DNA of 47,629 nucleotides, taken from an uncultured Rhodobacterales bacterium (lineage in GTDB: Bacteria; Pseudomonadota; Alphaproteobacteria; Rhodobacterales; Rhodobacteraceae). The position numbers and the translations under genes are program-made. The stretch is taken from positions 1 through 47,629 of the forward strand of contig CAYGQZ010000004.1 in NCBI GenBank assembly GCA_964352055.1, written 5' to 3'. Of this stretch, positions 36,784 through 46,830 are shown one piece after another. A model generated the notes under the pieces. The model saw only the letters and a program-made list of their open reading frames with translations. It was not told the DNA's origin and searched no databases. How positions within the stretch are numbered: the first letter of the stretch is position 1; each line of letters begins with the position of its first letter.

Positions 36784-38744
36784 GCGACGTGACAGTCAGC
36801 ACGCCGGGCATGTCGAGCAATATGCGCAGGGTCTTATGGGCCGCATTTTGGATTGCACTCGGTTTTGTGCTTTACCTTGGGGTTCCCTGGGCAACCGATC
36901 CGGCGCTCGTCCCAACAATCGGATTCGCCAAAGGCATTGGCGACGGGATGAATTACCTGACCCGCGAGTTGGAAATACTCGGGGTCCCTTTCAAGGAAAT
37001 CACCCGCGCCTTGGCACTCGTAATCGATCTGCCCGCCGATTTCCTGCGCGACCTTTTGTCAAAAGGTTTCGAATTCGATTGGGGCGACGAATATGTCGAA
37101 CTCATGCCTCTTTCATGGATCGGACTACTGGCCGCGATGACCATGGCGTCCTACTGGATCGGGGGGCGCAACTTTGGGCTATTTGGCGCTGTCGTTGGAC
37201 TCTACCTATTGGTTTTCGATCTGTGGGGGCCAACTGCCGAAACGTTCTCTACGATCATCCTTGCCGTTCCGTTGTCTGCTGGCGTTGGGCTCCTGCTGGG
37301 CATTCTTGCGCATAGAGTGCCAGTGGTGAAGATCGCGTTGCGACCGGTGTTGGACCTGATGCAAACGATGCCCATTTTCGCGTATATGGTTCCGATCATT
37401 ATGCTTTTCGGTTTCGGACCGGCAGCGGCGATTGCGGCTACGATGATCTATGCCGTTCCGCCGATGGTCCGTGCCACGATCGTCGGGCTGGAACGGGTTC
37501 CCACCGAAGTTGTCGACTTGGGCACAATGGTCGGTGTGACGCGCAGAACCGAGACCTGGCGCATCCTTGTCCCGAGCGCACGTCCATTGATCATGGTCGG
37601 AGTTAACCAAGTCATAATGAACACATTTAACATGGTGATTATCGCCTCGATGATCGGGGCGGGGGGCATCGGGTTTGAAGTTCTCGATGCACTTCGCAAG
37701 CTTCGGATCGGGCAAGGTATCGAAGCCGGTTTGGCGATCACGCTTCTCGCTATTTTGCTGGATCAGTTATCACAACGCATGTCGAAGTCCGGCTATCAAC
37801 TGTCGCCGATCAGGAAAGTGTGGTGGTGGGCATTGTTGTTACTTGTCGCCGCGACGACGGTATTGGGTCAATTCATTCCGGACATGGCGGAATATCCGCG
37901 CGATTGGACCGTATCCACGCAGGCCTTTTGGGGCGGGATCATGACGTGGCTGAATGTGAATGCCTATAGCACCTTGGAAAGCATCAAGGTCTTTCTGCTG
38001 ACGAACTTCATGTTCCCGGTCAGAGATCTATTGCAGGCTCTTCCCTGGGGCCTCGTTATCGCAGTATCGACTTGGGGTGCATGGCGGCTTGGCGGAGTGA
38101 GGCTGGCAATTCTTGTCTTTGTGCTTGAAACGTTGATCTTATTGGCTGGCGTTTGGTCACTCGCGATCATGACTTTGTATCTCTGTGGAATGGGGGTCCT
38201 TTTCGCATATTTGCTCGGCTCGCTTATTGCTGTTCTCTCATTCCGCAATGCCCGGGCCAGAGCCAGCGTCCTTTTTGCTGCCGACCTGCTGCAGACTCTG
38301 CCTAGTTTTGTATACCTTATCCCAATCGTAATGTTGTTCCGGGTCGGAGACTTTGCTGCGGTCATCGCTATTGCTGCATATGCGATTGCTCCGGCAATGC
38401 GATATACGGTTCTGGGGCTGGCAAATGTACCTGTGCCCCTGCAAGAGGCGGCAGCAGTGTCCGGGTGCACTCAGGGCCAGCAACTGACCAAGGTCGAATT
38501 GCCCATGGCCGTGCCAGAGCTTTTACTTGGCTTGAATCAGACGATCATGATGGGACTTGCCATGGTGGTCATCTCGGCCCTGTTGGGGACCAACGATCTG
38601 GGACAAGAGACGTACACGGCGCTCGCTCTGGTCGACCCCGGTCGAGGGCTTGTCGCCGGTTTCGCGGTTTCCTTCATTGCCATTATCTTGGACAGGATGC
38701 TTTCGGCCGCCGCGGCCGACTACCGCAAGAAAGTCATCGCCTAG
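36780..38744 (+). CDS. Betaine-type ABC transporter permease with two fused ProW domains
   Basis: Two repeats: DLMQTMPIFAY..GVNQVIM and DLLQTLPSFVY..GLNQTIM. Confidence 0.92.
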   Translation: MSDVTVSTPGMSSNMRRVLWAAFWIALGFVLYLGVPWATDPALVPTIGFAKGIGDGMNYLTRELEILGVPFKEITRALALVIDLPADFLRDLLSKGFEFDWGDEYVELMPLSWIGLLAAMTMASYWIGGRNFGLFGAVVGLYLLVFDLWGPTAETFSTIILAVPLSAGVGLLLGILAHRVPVVKIALRPVLDLMQTMPIFAYMVPIIMLFGFGPAAAIAATMIYAVPPMVRATIVGLERVPTEVVDLGTMVGVTRRTETWRILVPSARPLIMVGVNQVIMNTFNMVIIASMIGAGGIGFEVLDALRKLRIGQGIEAGLAITLLAILLDQLSQRMSKSGYQLSPIRKVWWWALLLLVAATTVLGQFIPDMAEYPRDWTVSTQAFWGGIMTWLNVNAYSTLESIKVFLLTNFMFPVRDLLQALPWGLVIAVSTWGAWRLGGVRLAILVFVLETLILLAGVWSLAIMTLYLCGMGVLFAYLLGSLIAVLSFRNARARASVLFAADLLQTLPSFVYLIPIVMLFRVGDFAAVIAIAAYAIAPAMRYTVLGLANVPVPLQEAAAVSGCTQGQQLTKVELPMAVPELLLGLNQTIMMGLAMVVISALLGTNDLGQETYTALALVDPGRGLVAGFAVSFIAIILDRMLSAAAADYRKKVIA

Positions 38745-38756
38745 ATGAAAGAACCG

Positions 38757-39443
38757 CTACTCGTCGGGCAGGGATGCGGCAATCTGGACGGCGGCGTCGC
38801 GGAGATCGCTTTCGATGGCGTCGCGTGCGGCTTCCGGTTTGCCGGAACGGATCGCTTCGATCATTTCACGGTGATGATCCCTTTGGGCAAACTTTGTCGG
38901 GCCCTGCCGCAGGCCGTGTAACAGCGGACCATAGCGCATCCACATTTGTTCGATCAGGTTGATTAGCTCCGGGTTTCCACAGCGGTTGTAAATCGCGAAA
39001 TGAAATTCGTGGTTGATCGCGAGGTACGCTTTGAAGTCGGGTTCTTGAGCCTGCAATACTGTTTCGAACCGCTTGTTAATCGCCTCTAGTTCGAGAGCCA
39101 TTTGTGGATCGGGCACGGTCGATACGAGTGTGATCGCCATTCTCTCAAGCTTAATTCGTATCTCAATTAGGTCGCTCAAGCGCTTGCGACTAACAAAGGG
39201 CACATGGACTGACCGCCGGGGTTCCGTTGTGACAACTTGGGCGACGGTCAACCGCGCAAGTGCTTCTCGGATAGGCATGTGGCTGGTGTTGAAGGCTGCC
39301 GAAAGCTCCTTGAGCTTTAGTTTCTGCCCCGGCTCAAACTCTCCCATCATGATGGCGCGGCTAAGCTGGGAATAGACATAGTCAAGGTCTGAAACTCGTT
39401 CGCGCGGTTTGATACCAGGCAGAGGCTGTGTCATCTCGGTCAT
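38757..39443 (-). CDS. GntR family regulator (FCD domain)
   Basis: GEFEPGQKL, FNTSHMPIREAL wHTH; NHEFHFAI, HREMIEAI FCD motifs. Confidence 0.93.
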   Translation of the reverse strand: MTEMTQPLPGIKPRERVSDLDYVYSQLSRAIMMGEFEPGQKLKLKELSAAFNTSHMPIREALARLTVAQVVTTEPRRSVHVPFVSRKRLSDLIEIRIKLERMAITLVSTVPDPQMALELEAINKRFETVLQAQEPDFKAYLAINHEFHFAIYNRCGNPELINLIEQMWMRYGPLLHGLRQGPTKFAQRDHHREMIEAIRSGKPEAARDAIESDLRDAAVQIAASLPDE

Positions 39444-39472
39444 CTCTCAGAACTTGCGGTCTTTATGCGTCA

Positions 39473-39487
39473 TTGATCAATAATCAA
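39473..39487. promoter_or_regulatory. TTGATC-N3-GATCAA box upstream of gntR
   Basis: TTGATC-aat-AATCAA. Confidence 0.6.
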
Positions 39488-39602
39488 AGAGTGGTTGTTG
39501 TGCAACCCAAGCCATTCCGAGGTTGGTCTTCGTCCGCATCAATCACCGATAACCTAAAGACAGAAGCATGTGCAAATTCTTGTTTTCCTTTGAACAAGGC
39601 CA

Positions 39603-39638
39603 TTGACAATCTCAGCGATAGTATTGATCTTTGATCAA
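39603..39638 (+). promoter_or_regulatory. TTGACA -35 element plus perfect TTGATC-ttt-GATCAA palindrome over the expected -10 position
   Basis: TTGACA at 39603-39608; palindrome at 39624-39638. Confidence 0.65.
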
Positions 39639-39767
39639 GGAAAACTCGCGCGGCATTGGTGGCTCTATTTGAGTGCCGCGCCTGGATGATGCCTGACTAT
39701 GAAACGGCTGGCCAAGGCTTGCTGGGGCGACGCTTTGAATGGGAGTAAGGACTTGGCTGCAAGTAAG

Positions 39768-40829
39768 ATGAAAGTTGTTGTCGCGGGTTTCGGAGATGTG
39801 GGAAAGATCCACGCTGCTGCCTCCAAGCGCCTACCGGAAACCGAGCTTGTCGCAATTGCCGATCCTAGGGTAGCGGCGACGCAAGAAGCGCTTGAAGATG
39901 GCACGCCATGTTATGCCACCCTTACCGAGGCACTCGCCAAGGAGCAGCCCGATATTGTGATCGTCGCCACACCTGCGTCCTTTCACCGGGCGCTCGCTGT
40001 GGAAGCCATGAATGCTGGGGTTCATTGCCTTGTGGAGAAACCGATCGCGTTAAGCGTCGCGGAAGCGCAAGACATTATCGAGGCCTCTGCGCGCACGGGA
40101 ATGAAGGTTGCCTACGGGTCCTGTTACCGGTTTCTGCCAGTGATCCGGCAGGCCAAGCACCTGATCGAAACGGGTGCCATTGGTGGCGTTCGCGTGTTGC
40201 GTGAAACGGTTATCGGCGGGCAGGGCAGCGGCAAATGCGGGATCATGCCAGAAAGCCACTATCCGCTTGGTGGGCCCGGCGGTTTCCCGATGGGGATCAT
40301 TGATCACGGGATTCATCTTGTCGACGCGTTTTCCTGGCTTACGGACAGCGAGGTTTCGACAAGTTTCGGCCGCGGCAACATTTCTGGCCAACCAGTCGGC
40401 CCGGAATACCTGAGTGTCGTTTTGAAAAACGGTGCGGTGGGCCATCTGGCCTATGACGAAGACACATTCGCGACGGACCTACCACAAGACGGCATATTTG
40501 GCGCTGGCGAGGGTTGGTATCTAGGCGGCTATCACGCGGCTGGCGATTTCATCAAGCACCCGAATGCCATTCATATTCACGGCACGCACGGGTCTTTGCG
40601 TCTCTTTCACTATGCTAACCGGCTGTTTCTGAATGACTCGGCGGGACTGCGTGAATTGAGCGTGGAGGCCAAGGGTGCTCCGTACCATTTCGACGCGCAA
40701 CTGTCGGCCTTTGTTACTGACATCAAAGAGAACCGCCCGCCTTCAGTTCCCGCATCCGCCGGGCTTGCGGCGCTTGAAACAGTATTGCCGTGCTTCAGTC
40801 ACGGCAGTGCCGCGCAAGCGAACCCGTAG
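39768..40829 (+). CDS. Gfo/Idh/MocA family oxidoreductase
   Basis: VVVAGFGDVG, VATP..H, VEKPIA, DHGIHLVD; start uncertain (39753 or 39768). Confidence 0.9.
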   Translation: MKVVVAGFGDVGKIHAAASKRLPETELVAIADPRVAATQEALEDGTPCYATLTEALAKEQPDIVIVATPASFHRALAVEAMNAGVHCLVEKPIALSVAEAQDIIEASARTGMKVAYGSCYRFLPVIRQAKHLIETGAIGGVRVLRETVIGGQGSGKCGIMPESHYPLGGPGGFPMGIIDHGIHLVDAFSWLTDSEVSTSFGRGNISGQPVGPEYLSVVLKNGAVGHLAYDEDTFATDLPQDGIFGAGEGWYLGGYHAAGDFIKHPNAIHIHGTHGSLRLFHYANRLFLNDSAGLRELSVEAKGAPYHFDAQLSAFVTDIKENRPPSVPASAGLAALETVLPCFSHGSAAQANP

Positions 40830-40929
40830 TTTGGGGGAAACGATTTCACAGCCCGCGCAGCTTCGCGGGGCATTCGGCTGAACTGGTCCTCAAAGGGATC
40901 GACGCAACCAACATTAGGAAGGAATAGTC

Positions 40930-42354
40930 ATGGATCTTCGCAAGCACTACGTGAATGGGGAATGGGTCACGCCGCTCGGCACTCAGGAATTCCCTGTGAT
41001 GAACCCGGCCAAGAACGAACAAATCGACACGGTCATTTTGGGGAACGAAAAAGATGTCGACCGCGCTGTCGCGGCCGCAAAAGCGGCTTTTGAGACCTTC
41101 TCTCAGACGTCCAAGGCAGAGCGGCTGGCACTGTTGAAGGCACTACTGGTGCAGACAAACGCACGGATGGACGACCTTGCGAACGCGATCACAACGGAAA
41201 TGGGTGCGCCGATCTCGATGGCCAAGGATGAACAGGCGGCCACTGGCCTCTGGCATCTGGAAGCGTTCATTGAACTTCTGGAGGCCCAAGAAGACAGCGA
41301 AACCCTGCCGAACGGAGATATCCTGTTGCGTGAACCTGTCGGCGTCTGCGGGTTGATTACGCCGTGGAACTGGCCGGTCAATCAGGTTGCGGCCAAGGTC
41401 ATTCCTGCACTGGCAGCGGGATGCACAGTGGTCTTGAAACCGTCAGAACACACCCCCATGGCCGCCGCGATCTATGCGGAAATGATCCATGATGCGGGCT
41501 ATCCCGCCGGTGTCTTCAATCTTGTCCAAGGGGATGGACCGAGTGTTGGCGCGGCCCTGTCCCGTCACCCCGATGTCGACATGATGTCCTTCACCGGCTC
41601 CACGCGCGCGGGCAAGCTAATCAGCAAGGATGCTGCAGACACGATCAAACGCGTTGCGCTGGAACTTGGCGGCAAGTCGCCGAACGTGGTCTTTGCAGAT
41701 TGTAATCTGGAACAGCAGGTCGCCAATTCTGTCGCGTTGTGCATGTTCAATACCGGACAAAGCTGCGATGCGCCGACCCGAATGATCGTCGAGCGGTCTT
41801 GCTATGATGAAGTGCTAAAAATCGCGAAAGCCGCCGGTGAAGCGACCAAAGTCGGGGACCCAACGGTCGAAGGCGATCATATTGGCCCGCAGTTCGACAA
41901 GATCCAATTCGACCGGGTACAAAGCCTGATACAGGCCGGGATCGACGAAGGCGCGCGCTTGCTCGTCGGTGGGGTAGGAAAACCCGCAGGCTTTGAACAG
42001 GGTTGGTATACCAAACCCACGATTTTTGCGGATGTCACCAATGACATGACGATTGCCCAGCAAGAGGTTTTCGGCCCTGTTCTGGTGATCATTCCCTTCG
42101 ATACCGAAGAGGATGCCATCCGTATTGCCAACGACACCCCATACGGATTGCACGCTTATGTCCAATCCGGCGACCGGCAAAAAGCAGAACGGGTTGCAAA
42201 ACGCATTCGCGCGGGCGGCGTTCAGATCAACGGCGGACCTTTCAAGTTTGGCAGCCCTTTCGGCGGCTACAAACAATCGGGCAATGGCCGCGAGGGCGGG
42301 ATACAGGGCCTTGAGGAGTACCAGGAGGTGAAGATCCTTCACATTCCTGTCTGA
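40930..42354 (+). CDS. Aldehyde dehydrogenase
   Basis: ITPWNWP, KPSE, SFTGST, LELGGKSP, NTGQSC, EVFGPV, PFGGYKQSGNGRE. Confidence 0.95.
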   Translation: MDLRKHYVNGEWVTPLGTQEFPVMNPAKNEQIDTVILGNEKDVDRAVAAAKAAFETFSQTSKAERLALLKALLVQTNARMDDLANAITTEMGAPISMAKDEQAATGLWHLEAFIELLEAQEDSETLPNGDILLREPVGVCGLITPWNWPVNQVAAKVIPALAAGCTVVLKPSEHTPMAAAIYAEMIHDAGYPAGVFNLVQGDGPSVGAALSRHPDVDMMSFTGSTRAGKLISKDAADTIKRVALELGGKSPNVVFADCNLEQQVANSVALCMFNTGQSCDAPTRMIVERSCYDEVLKIAKAAGEATKVGDPTVEGDHIGPQFDKIQFDRVQSLIQAGIDEGARLLVGGVGKPAGFEQGWYTKPTIFADVTNDMTIAQQEVFGPVLVIIPFDTEEDAIRIANDTPYGLHAYVQSGDRQKAERVAKRIRAGGVQINGGPFKFGSPFGGYKQSGNGREGGIQGLEEYQEVKILHIPV

Positions 42355-42547
42355 CCATGGCCCAGCATTAAAGCGAGATCGAGAGTGGCACGGTCAAGCT
42401 TAATCAAAGGCTTCGCCATTTTCGATCTCTTTGTTGGGGACGGCACCAATCGCTCTTGGAACAGGGTAACACAGGCAGGAGTTCGAAGTGAATGACACAT
42501 GACCAAGGGACCGCGTTCCTGATTACATATCTTTCCTGGAAAACAAA

Positions 42548-43003
42548 ATGTTGACGCGGGATGCCACTATTCGGGAATACAATGTCGGCCAAGCCGTCGT
42601 GCACCCCTGGCATCTGGACCAGTTCGGGCACATGAATGTCCGCTGGTATGCCCATTTCTTCGATGATGCGTCTCTCCAGTTTCTGGCGCTGCTGCGGCTA
42701 AGCGGTGGGAACGGGGCACTGTCGCATTGCGTGACGGCCCGCGCCGCCACAAGTTTTTCTGCCGAGGTTTTGGCTGGAACCTGCATTCGCATTCTCGGAT
42801 CGATAGCCAAGATCGGTACGAAAAGCGTGACACTGGAATTTCGTATGATCGATGCGCTGAGTGCCCGTGATTACGCCCATTGTGAAACCGTAGAGGTTTT
42901 CGTCGATGCGCAGACGCACCAATCGATCGAAATCCCTTCAGAAATCCGTTGCTGGCTCGAAGAAAGCCGCTTCCTAGACGAGACCAGAGGAGACACCAAA
43001 TGA
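42548..43003 (+). CDS. Hotdog-fold acyl-CoA thioesterase (4HBT-like)
   Basis: VHPWHLDQFGHMNVRWY..FDDA; ATGA overlap with the BKACE gene. Confidence 0.85.
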   Translation: MLTRDATIREYNVGQAVVHPWHLDQFGHMNVRWYAHFFDDASLQFLALLRLSGGNGALSHCVTARAATSFSAEVLAGTCIRILGSIAKIGTKSVTLEFRMIDALSARDYAHCETVEVFVDAQTHQSIEIPSEIRCWLEESRFLDETRGDTK

Positions 43004-43881
43004 ACCTGAATCCATTTATCACTTGCGCCGTAACCGGGGCTGGGGGCGGACCAAAAAAGAATCCAAATGTGCCTGTGACGCCCGAGCAAATCGCGAATGA
43101 CGTTCTGGCTGTGGCCGAGGCTGGCGCAGCTGTTGCGCACATTCATGTCCGCGATCCCGAAACAACCGAAGGCTCGCGCGACACGGCACTTTATGCCGAG
43201 GTGATCGAACGCGTGCGGGATCGCAACAAAGACATCATTATCAATACGACAGCCGGAATGGGCGGTGATTTGATATTCGGGGCAGAGGCACCCTTACCCC
43301 CCCAACCGGGATCGGATCTTGTCAGCCAAAAAGAGCGCCTTGCGCATGTCGAGGCACTCCGCCCCGACATTTGTACCCTCGACTGCGGCTCTTACAACGT
43401 GGGGGAGGGGAACCTTGTCTACATTTCGACATCCGATCAAATTCGGGAGGGCGCGACTTTGATCCGTGGTTTGGGCGTCAAGCCCGAGCTGGAGATCTTC
43501 GATCTTGGTCATTTGGATTTTGTCTGCAAGCTCATACGTGAAGGTGCATTTGACGGCCCCGTGATGCTTCAGTTCTGCCTCGGTGTCGCATTCGGTGCCC
43601 CTGCAACTCCGGCTGCTATGAAAATTATGGCCGATACGGTTCAAGGGCTGGACGTGGTTTGGTCCGCCTTTGGGGTCGCTCACATGCAGCTTCCCATGGT
43701 CGCACAATCGGTCCTTTTGGGTGGCAACGTGCGTGTCGGTCTCGAAGATAACATCTGGCTTGCTCGCGGGGTTCCGGCCACCAATGTGGACTTGGTGAAC
43801 CGCGCACGGACTATCATTGAGGCAATGGGAGGAACTGTGATGGACGCCGCGGGCACCCGCGAAAAGCTGCGGCTGGCGTGA
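43000..43881 (+). CDS. Beta-keto acid cleavage enzyme (BKACE/DUF849, CdhC-like)
   Basis: ITCAVTGAG, VPVTPEQIA, AHIHVRD, TAGMGGD, PDICTLDCGS, KPELE, NVRVGLEDN. Confidence 0.93.
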   Translation: MNLNPFITCAVTGAGGGPKKNPNVPVTPEQIANDVLAVAEAGAAVAHIHVRDPETTEGSRDTALYAEVIERVRDRNKDIIINTTAGMGGDLIFGAEAPLPPQPGSDLVSQKERLAHVEALRPDICTLDCGSYNVGEGNLVYISTSDQIREGATLIRGLGVKPELEIFDLGHLDFVCKLIREGAFDGPVMLQFCLGVAFGAPATPAAMKIMADTVQGLDVVWSAFGVAHMQLPMVAQSVLLGGNVRVGLEDNIWLARGVPATNVDLVNRARTIIEAMGGTVMDAAGTREKLRLA

Positions 43882-44651
43882 CTGAGCTTACTGGCAAGCG
43901 CGCAATCATCACGGCCGGGGCGGCGGGGATCGGGCGGGTCACGGCCGACCGTTTCATCAAGGCAGGGGCAAATGTCGCCGTTTGTGATATCGACCAGGCT
44001 GCCGTGGATGACTTTAATCACCAGTTTCCTCAGGCAAGAGCGGTAATTTGCGATGTGGCAAACCCCGCCGCAGTCGATGCGGCTTTTGCGGAAATGTCAG
44101 AGGCGCTTGGCGGTGTCGACATTCTTGTAAACAACGCAGGTTCAGCCGGGCCAACTGCTGGAATCGAGGATATCGACCCCGAAAACTGGCAGAGAACGCT
44201 CGATATCAACCTATTCTCGCAGTTCCTGTTCACGCGCGCCGTCGTTCCGGGAATGAAGGCACAGAAGTCTGGCGTGATCGTGAACATGTCCTCGGCCGCA
44301 GGCCGGCTCGGGATGCCAATGCGAACGCCCTACGTGGCCGCAAAATGGGCGACAATCGGGTTGACGCAATCGCTTGCGATGGAGTTGGGGGCGTTCAACA
44401 TCCGCGTGAACGCAATCCTACCGGGATCGGTGCGGGGCGATCGCATGGACCGTGTCATGAGGGCACGCGCTGAGGCAACAGGTCTAAGCTTGGCCGAAGT
44501 CGCATCGGAAGAAACGGCGGCGATTTCGCTGAGTCGTATGATCAACCCTGAAGAGATAGCCGATATGATCACATTCATCAGCTCTGATCTTGGTGTTTCA
44601 ATTTCAGGCCAGTCGATTGGTGTTTGTGGCAATACCGAGGTACTTAGATAG
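43878..44651 (+). CDS. Short-chain dehydrogenase/reductase
   Basis: TAGAAGIG, NNAG, YVAAKW, VNAILPG; GTGA overlap with the BKACE gene. Confidence 0.93.
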   Translation: MTELTGKRAIITAGAAGIGRVTADRFIKAGANVAVCDIDQAAVDDFNHQFPQARAVICDVANPAAVDAAFAEMSEALGGVDILVNNAGSAGPTAGIEDIDPENWQRTLDINLFSQFLFTRAVVPGMKAQKSGVIVNMSSAAGRLGMPMRTPYVAAKWATIGLTQSLAMELGAFNIRVNAILPGSVRGDRMDRVMRARAEATGLSLAEVASEETAAISLSRMINPEEIADMITFISSDLGVSISGQSIGVCGNTEVLR

Positions 44652-44859
44652 CTTCTGACCTTCACAAGAGATCCTTCCGATCGTGCCTGGTTGTGAGCAG
44701 GCACTATCCCGTATCGGACGCTTGCACTTCGTAACGATGGGCCCATCTGTACGCTTTGTATCAGGCATTGCATGGAATGTGACAGACAACCGACTCTCTT
44801 GGAGCCAGATTTCTCAACAGGTCCATGACCGGATAAACAACAAGCTTGGAGGCCACGCC

Positions 44860-45246
44860 ATGAAGGGCGAAACCATTGTTCCGAACGACAGACGTGCAAT
44901 TTACGATGCCAATAAATACTCAGCGGCGATCCGGTCGGGTGATCTGCTATTTTGCTCCGGCCATGTCGGTTGCCACATGGACGGGACACCAGAGCCTGAC
45001 TTGGCAAAACAGATTGATCTGGCGTTTCAGAACCTGATCGGCACGTTAGGCGAAGCCGGTTGCACACTTGACGATATTATCGACGTAACGACATTCCACA
45101 CGGATCCCGAAGCTCAGTTTGACACAATAATGGAAGTTCGGGACAGATACGTCAAAGGCCCCGATTATCCAAACTGGACAGCGGTTGGCGTCACTTGGCT
45201 GAATGGTTTCGACTTTGAAATGAAGGTCATTGCGCGCATCAAATAA
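44860..45246 (+). CDS. Rid (YjgF/YER057c/UK114) family protein, YjgH-like subfamily without the catalytic Arg
   Basis: YSAAIRSGDLLFCSG, PNWTAVGV, FEMKVIA; GGAGG RBS before ATG 44860. Confidence 0.88.
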   Translation: MKGETIVPNDRRAIYDANKYSAAIRSGDLLFCSGHVGCHMDGTPEPDLAKQIDLAFQNLIGTLGEAGCTLDDIIDVTTFHTDPEAQFDTIMEVRDRYVKGPDYPNWTAVGVTWLNGFDFEMKVIARIK

Positions 45247-45276
45247 CCGGTTCAATGCCGTGGGGCAGGGCCTTAC

Positions 45277-46170
45277 CTACAGGTTCTGACGAAACCCTTG
45301 CGGCGTTGTGCCCCGATGTTTCCGAAAAGTTCGTGTGAAATGGCTTTGGCTTGAAAAGCCCGCTGTATAAGCGATTTCAGCAAGGCTAAGATCGGTCGAG
45401 CTCAGCAGATATTCCGCCCATTCGATCCGCTCGCGCAGGACATACTGATAGGGTGTTATCCCGACAGTGGACCGAAACACGCGCGGAAAATCAAACCGCT
45501 TGACGCCCGCAGCCTCGGCCAAATCTGCCACGTTTAGCGAAGTATCGACATTGTCTGCTACGTATTTCTTGATTTTCTCCAATTGAACAGAGGTCAAGAA
45601 GCAGGTTTCCTCGTTGACGCTATCACGCTCAGCAACGTAATTTCGCGCCAAGTGGATCAGCGTGGCATCGACGAGGCAGTCAACATAGAGTTCGCCGTTG
45701 GGATTGGTTGTTTCCAGTTCCGTGGACATAAGTTCCAGCAAAGTCCGAAGTCTGGTGTCGTCAGATGACACGCTTGGGACAAGCGCCGGATGGCGAAACG
45801 TGGTATCCGAACGCTGCATAATCACATTTTTCAGCCGGGAATAGGGAATGAAGAAGACTGAAGTCTTGTGGTGGTTTTTCCAGGACCAGCGGGAGCGGTC
45901 AAAATTTGGATAGATGATTACATCACCCGGATTCCAAGAAATCTCAATTATTTCACTATCGCCGATCCGATATGCTACTTCTGCGGAACGCGACGTATTA
46001 AGCTCGAGAGTGATGAATTCAGGATCGCTCGGCAGGCTCAGCGGTTCATTGGATGTCGCATATTCACAGGCGAAAGCCTGAAGGTTCTTCCAGCCCAGCT
46101 CCTCGCTATCGGCCACCACGAACTCAGAAATTTCTCTCGGCCACGTGTTTGAGTGAGAAGATGTGATCAT
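45277..46170 (-). CDS. AraC family transcriptional regulator
   Basis: C-terminal DLAEAAG..FPRVFR..TPYQY..SLAEIAYTAGFSSQSHFTRTFR. Confidence 0.93.
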   Translation of the reverse strand: MITSSHSNTWPREISEFVVADSEELGWKNLQAFACEYATSNEPLSLPSDPEFITLELNTSRSAEVAYRIGDSEIIEISWNPGDVIIYPNFDRSRWSWKNHHKTSVFFIPYSRLKNVIMQRSDTTFRHPALVPSVSSDDTRLRTLLELMSTELETTNPNGELYVDCLVDATLIHLARNYVAERDSVNEETCFLTSVQLEKIKKYVADNVDTSLNVADLAEAAGVKRFDFPRVFRSTVGITPYQYVLRERIEWAEYLLSSTDLSLAEIAYTAGFSSQSHFTRTFRKHRGTTPQGFRQNL

Positions 46171-46830
46171 TTGCCTAAAGGTCTCTAAATTGTACTCCCA
46201 AAGAGGCGGAGAATTATTGTTGCGCGCAACCCTTCCGCCAGCTTAGACCCTTTGAAGGAATAATCAACATCTCACCCTTGTTTGGCTCCGCAGCGACTGC
46301 GTGTGAGCGAGGTGAGGTCATGCCCCCGGAGAGTGATCTTTCCCAAGAGGGGTCAGTCAAAAACTGGTTGACATGTCGAGGTGTGAAAAGTTGCTATTTC
46401 TTTCTTCTCCCAACTTAGCTCGGCTGGTATTTGAAATTTTTCCACGTTCGACGTTTGATGATTTGGAAATCTTTGGCGCGATGGGTTTCTGAGTAGCATG
46501 ATTCGCCTAGAGTCACGTTTATGGAATTCGTCGCCGATGGCAATCTTTTCAGGATTTATTCAGCCTCTTGGGCAGCCCGGTATCCCCTTTTCGTATCAGT
46601 GGAGCAGTTTCAGCTTGCACGCCCTGTGTAGTGGACTTGGAGGAATGGGCAGAAGGGGCAAGAACATCAAACGTTTGCTTTCAGCGCGTGTGCAACTTGT
46701 GTGCAATAGTATTGATGGCAACGAGGTGTTAGTTGTAGGGTTAAGCAGAGGTTCATAAGAAAAAGTTTCAATGATATTAACGCGTTGCCTGAATGCAGCT
46801 CAGCTAAGCGGCTACCCTCGGAACCTGCTC

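Noticed and set aside
40852-40869. CCCGCG/CGCGGG hairpin between the Gfo and ALDH genes
   Set aside because: 6-bp stem with no U-tract; too weak to call a terminator.
33905-42400. Sigma54-like TGGC...GC sequences near 33910 and 42386
   Set aside because: The -24/-12 spacing is off or the GC is missing, and there is no enhancer-binding protein in the window.
46200-46800. AT-richer stretch with ORF 46498-46758, a possible gene remnant
   Set aside because: No recognisable homology by eye; a BLASTx search would be needed.
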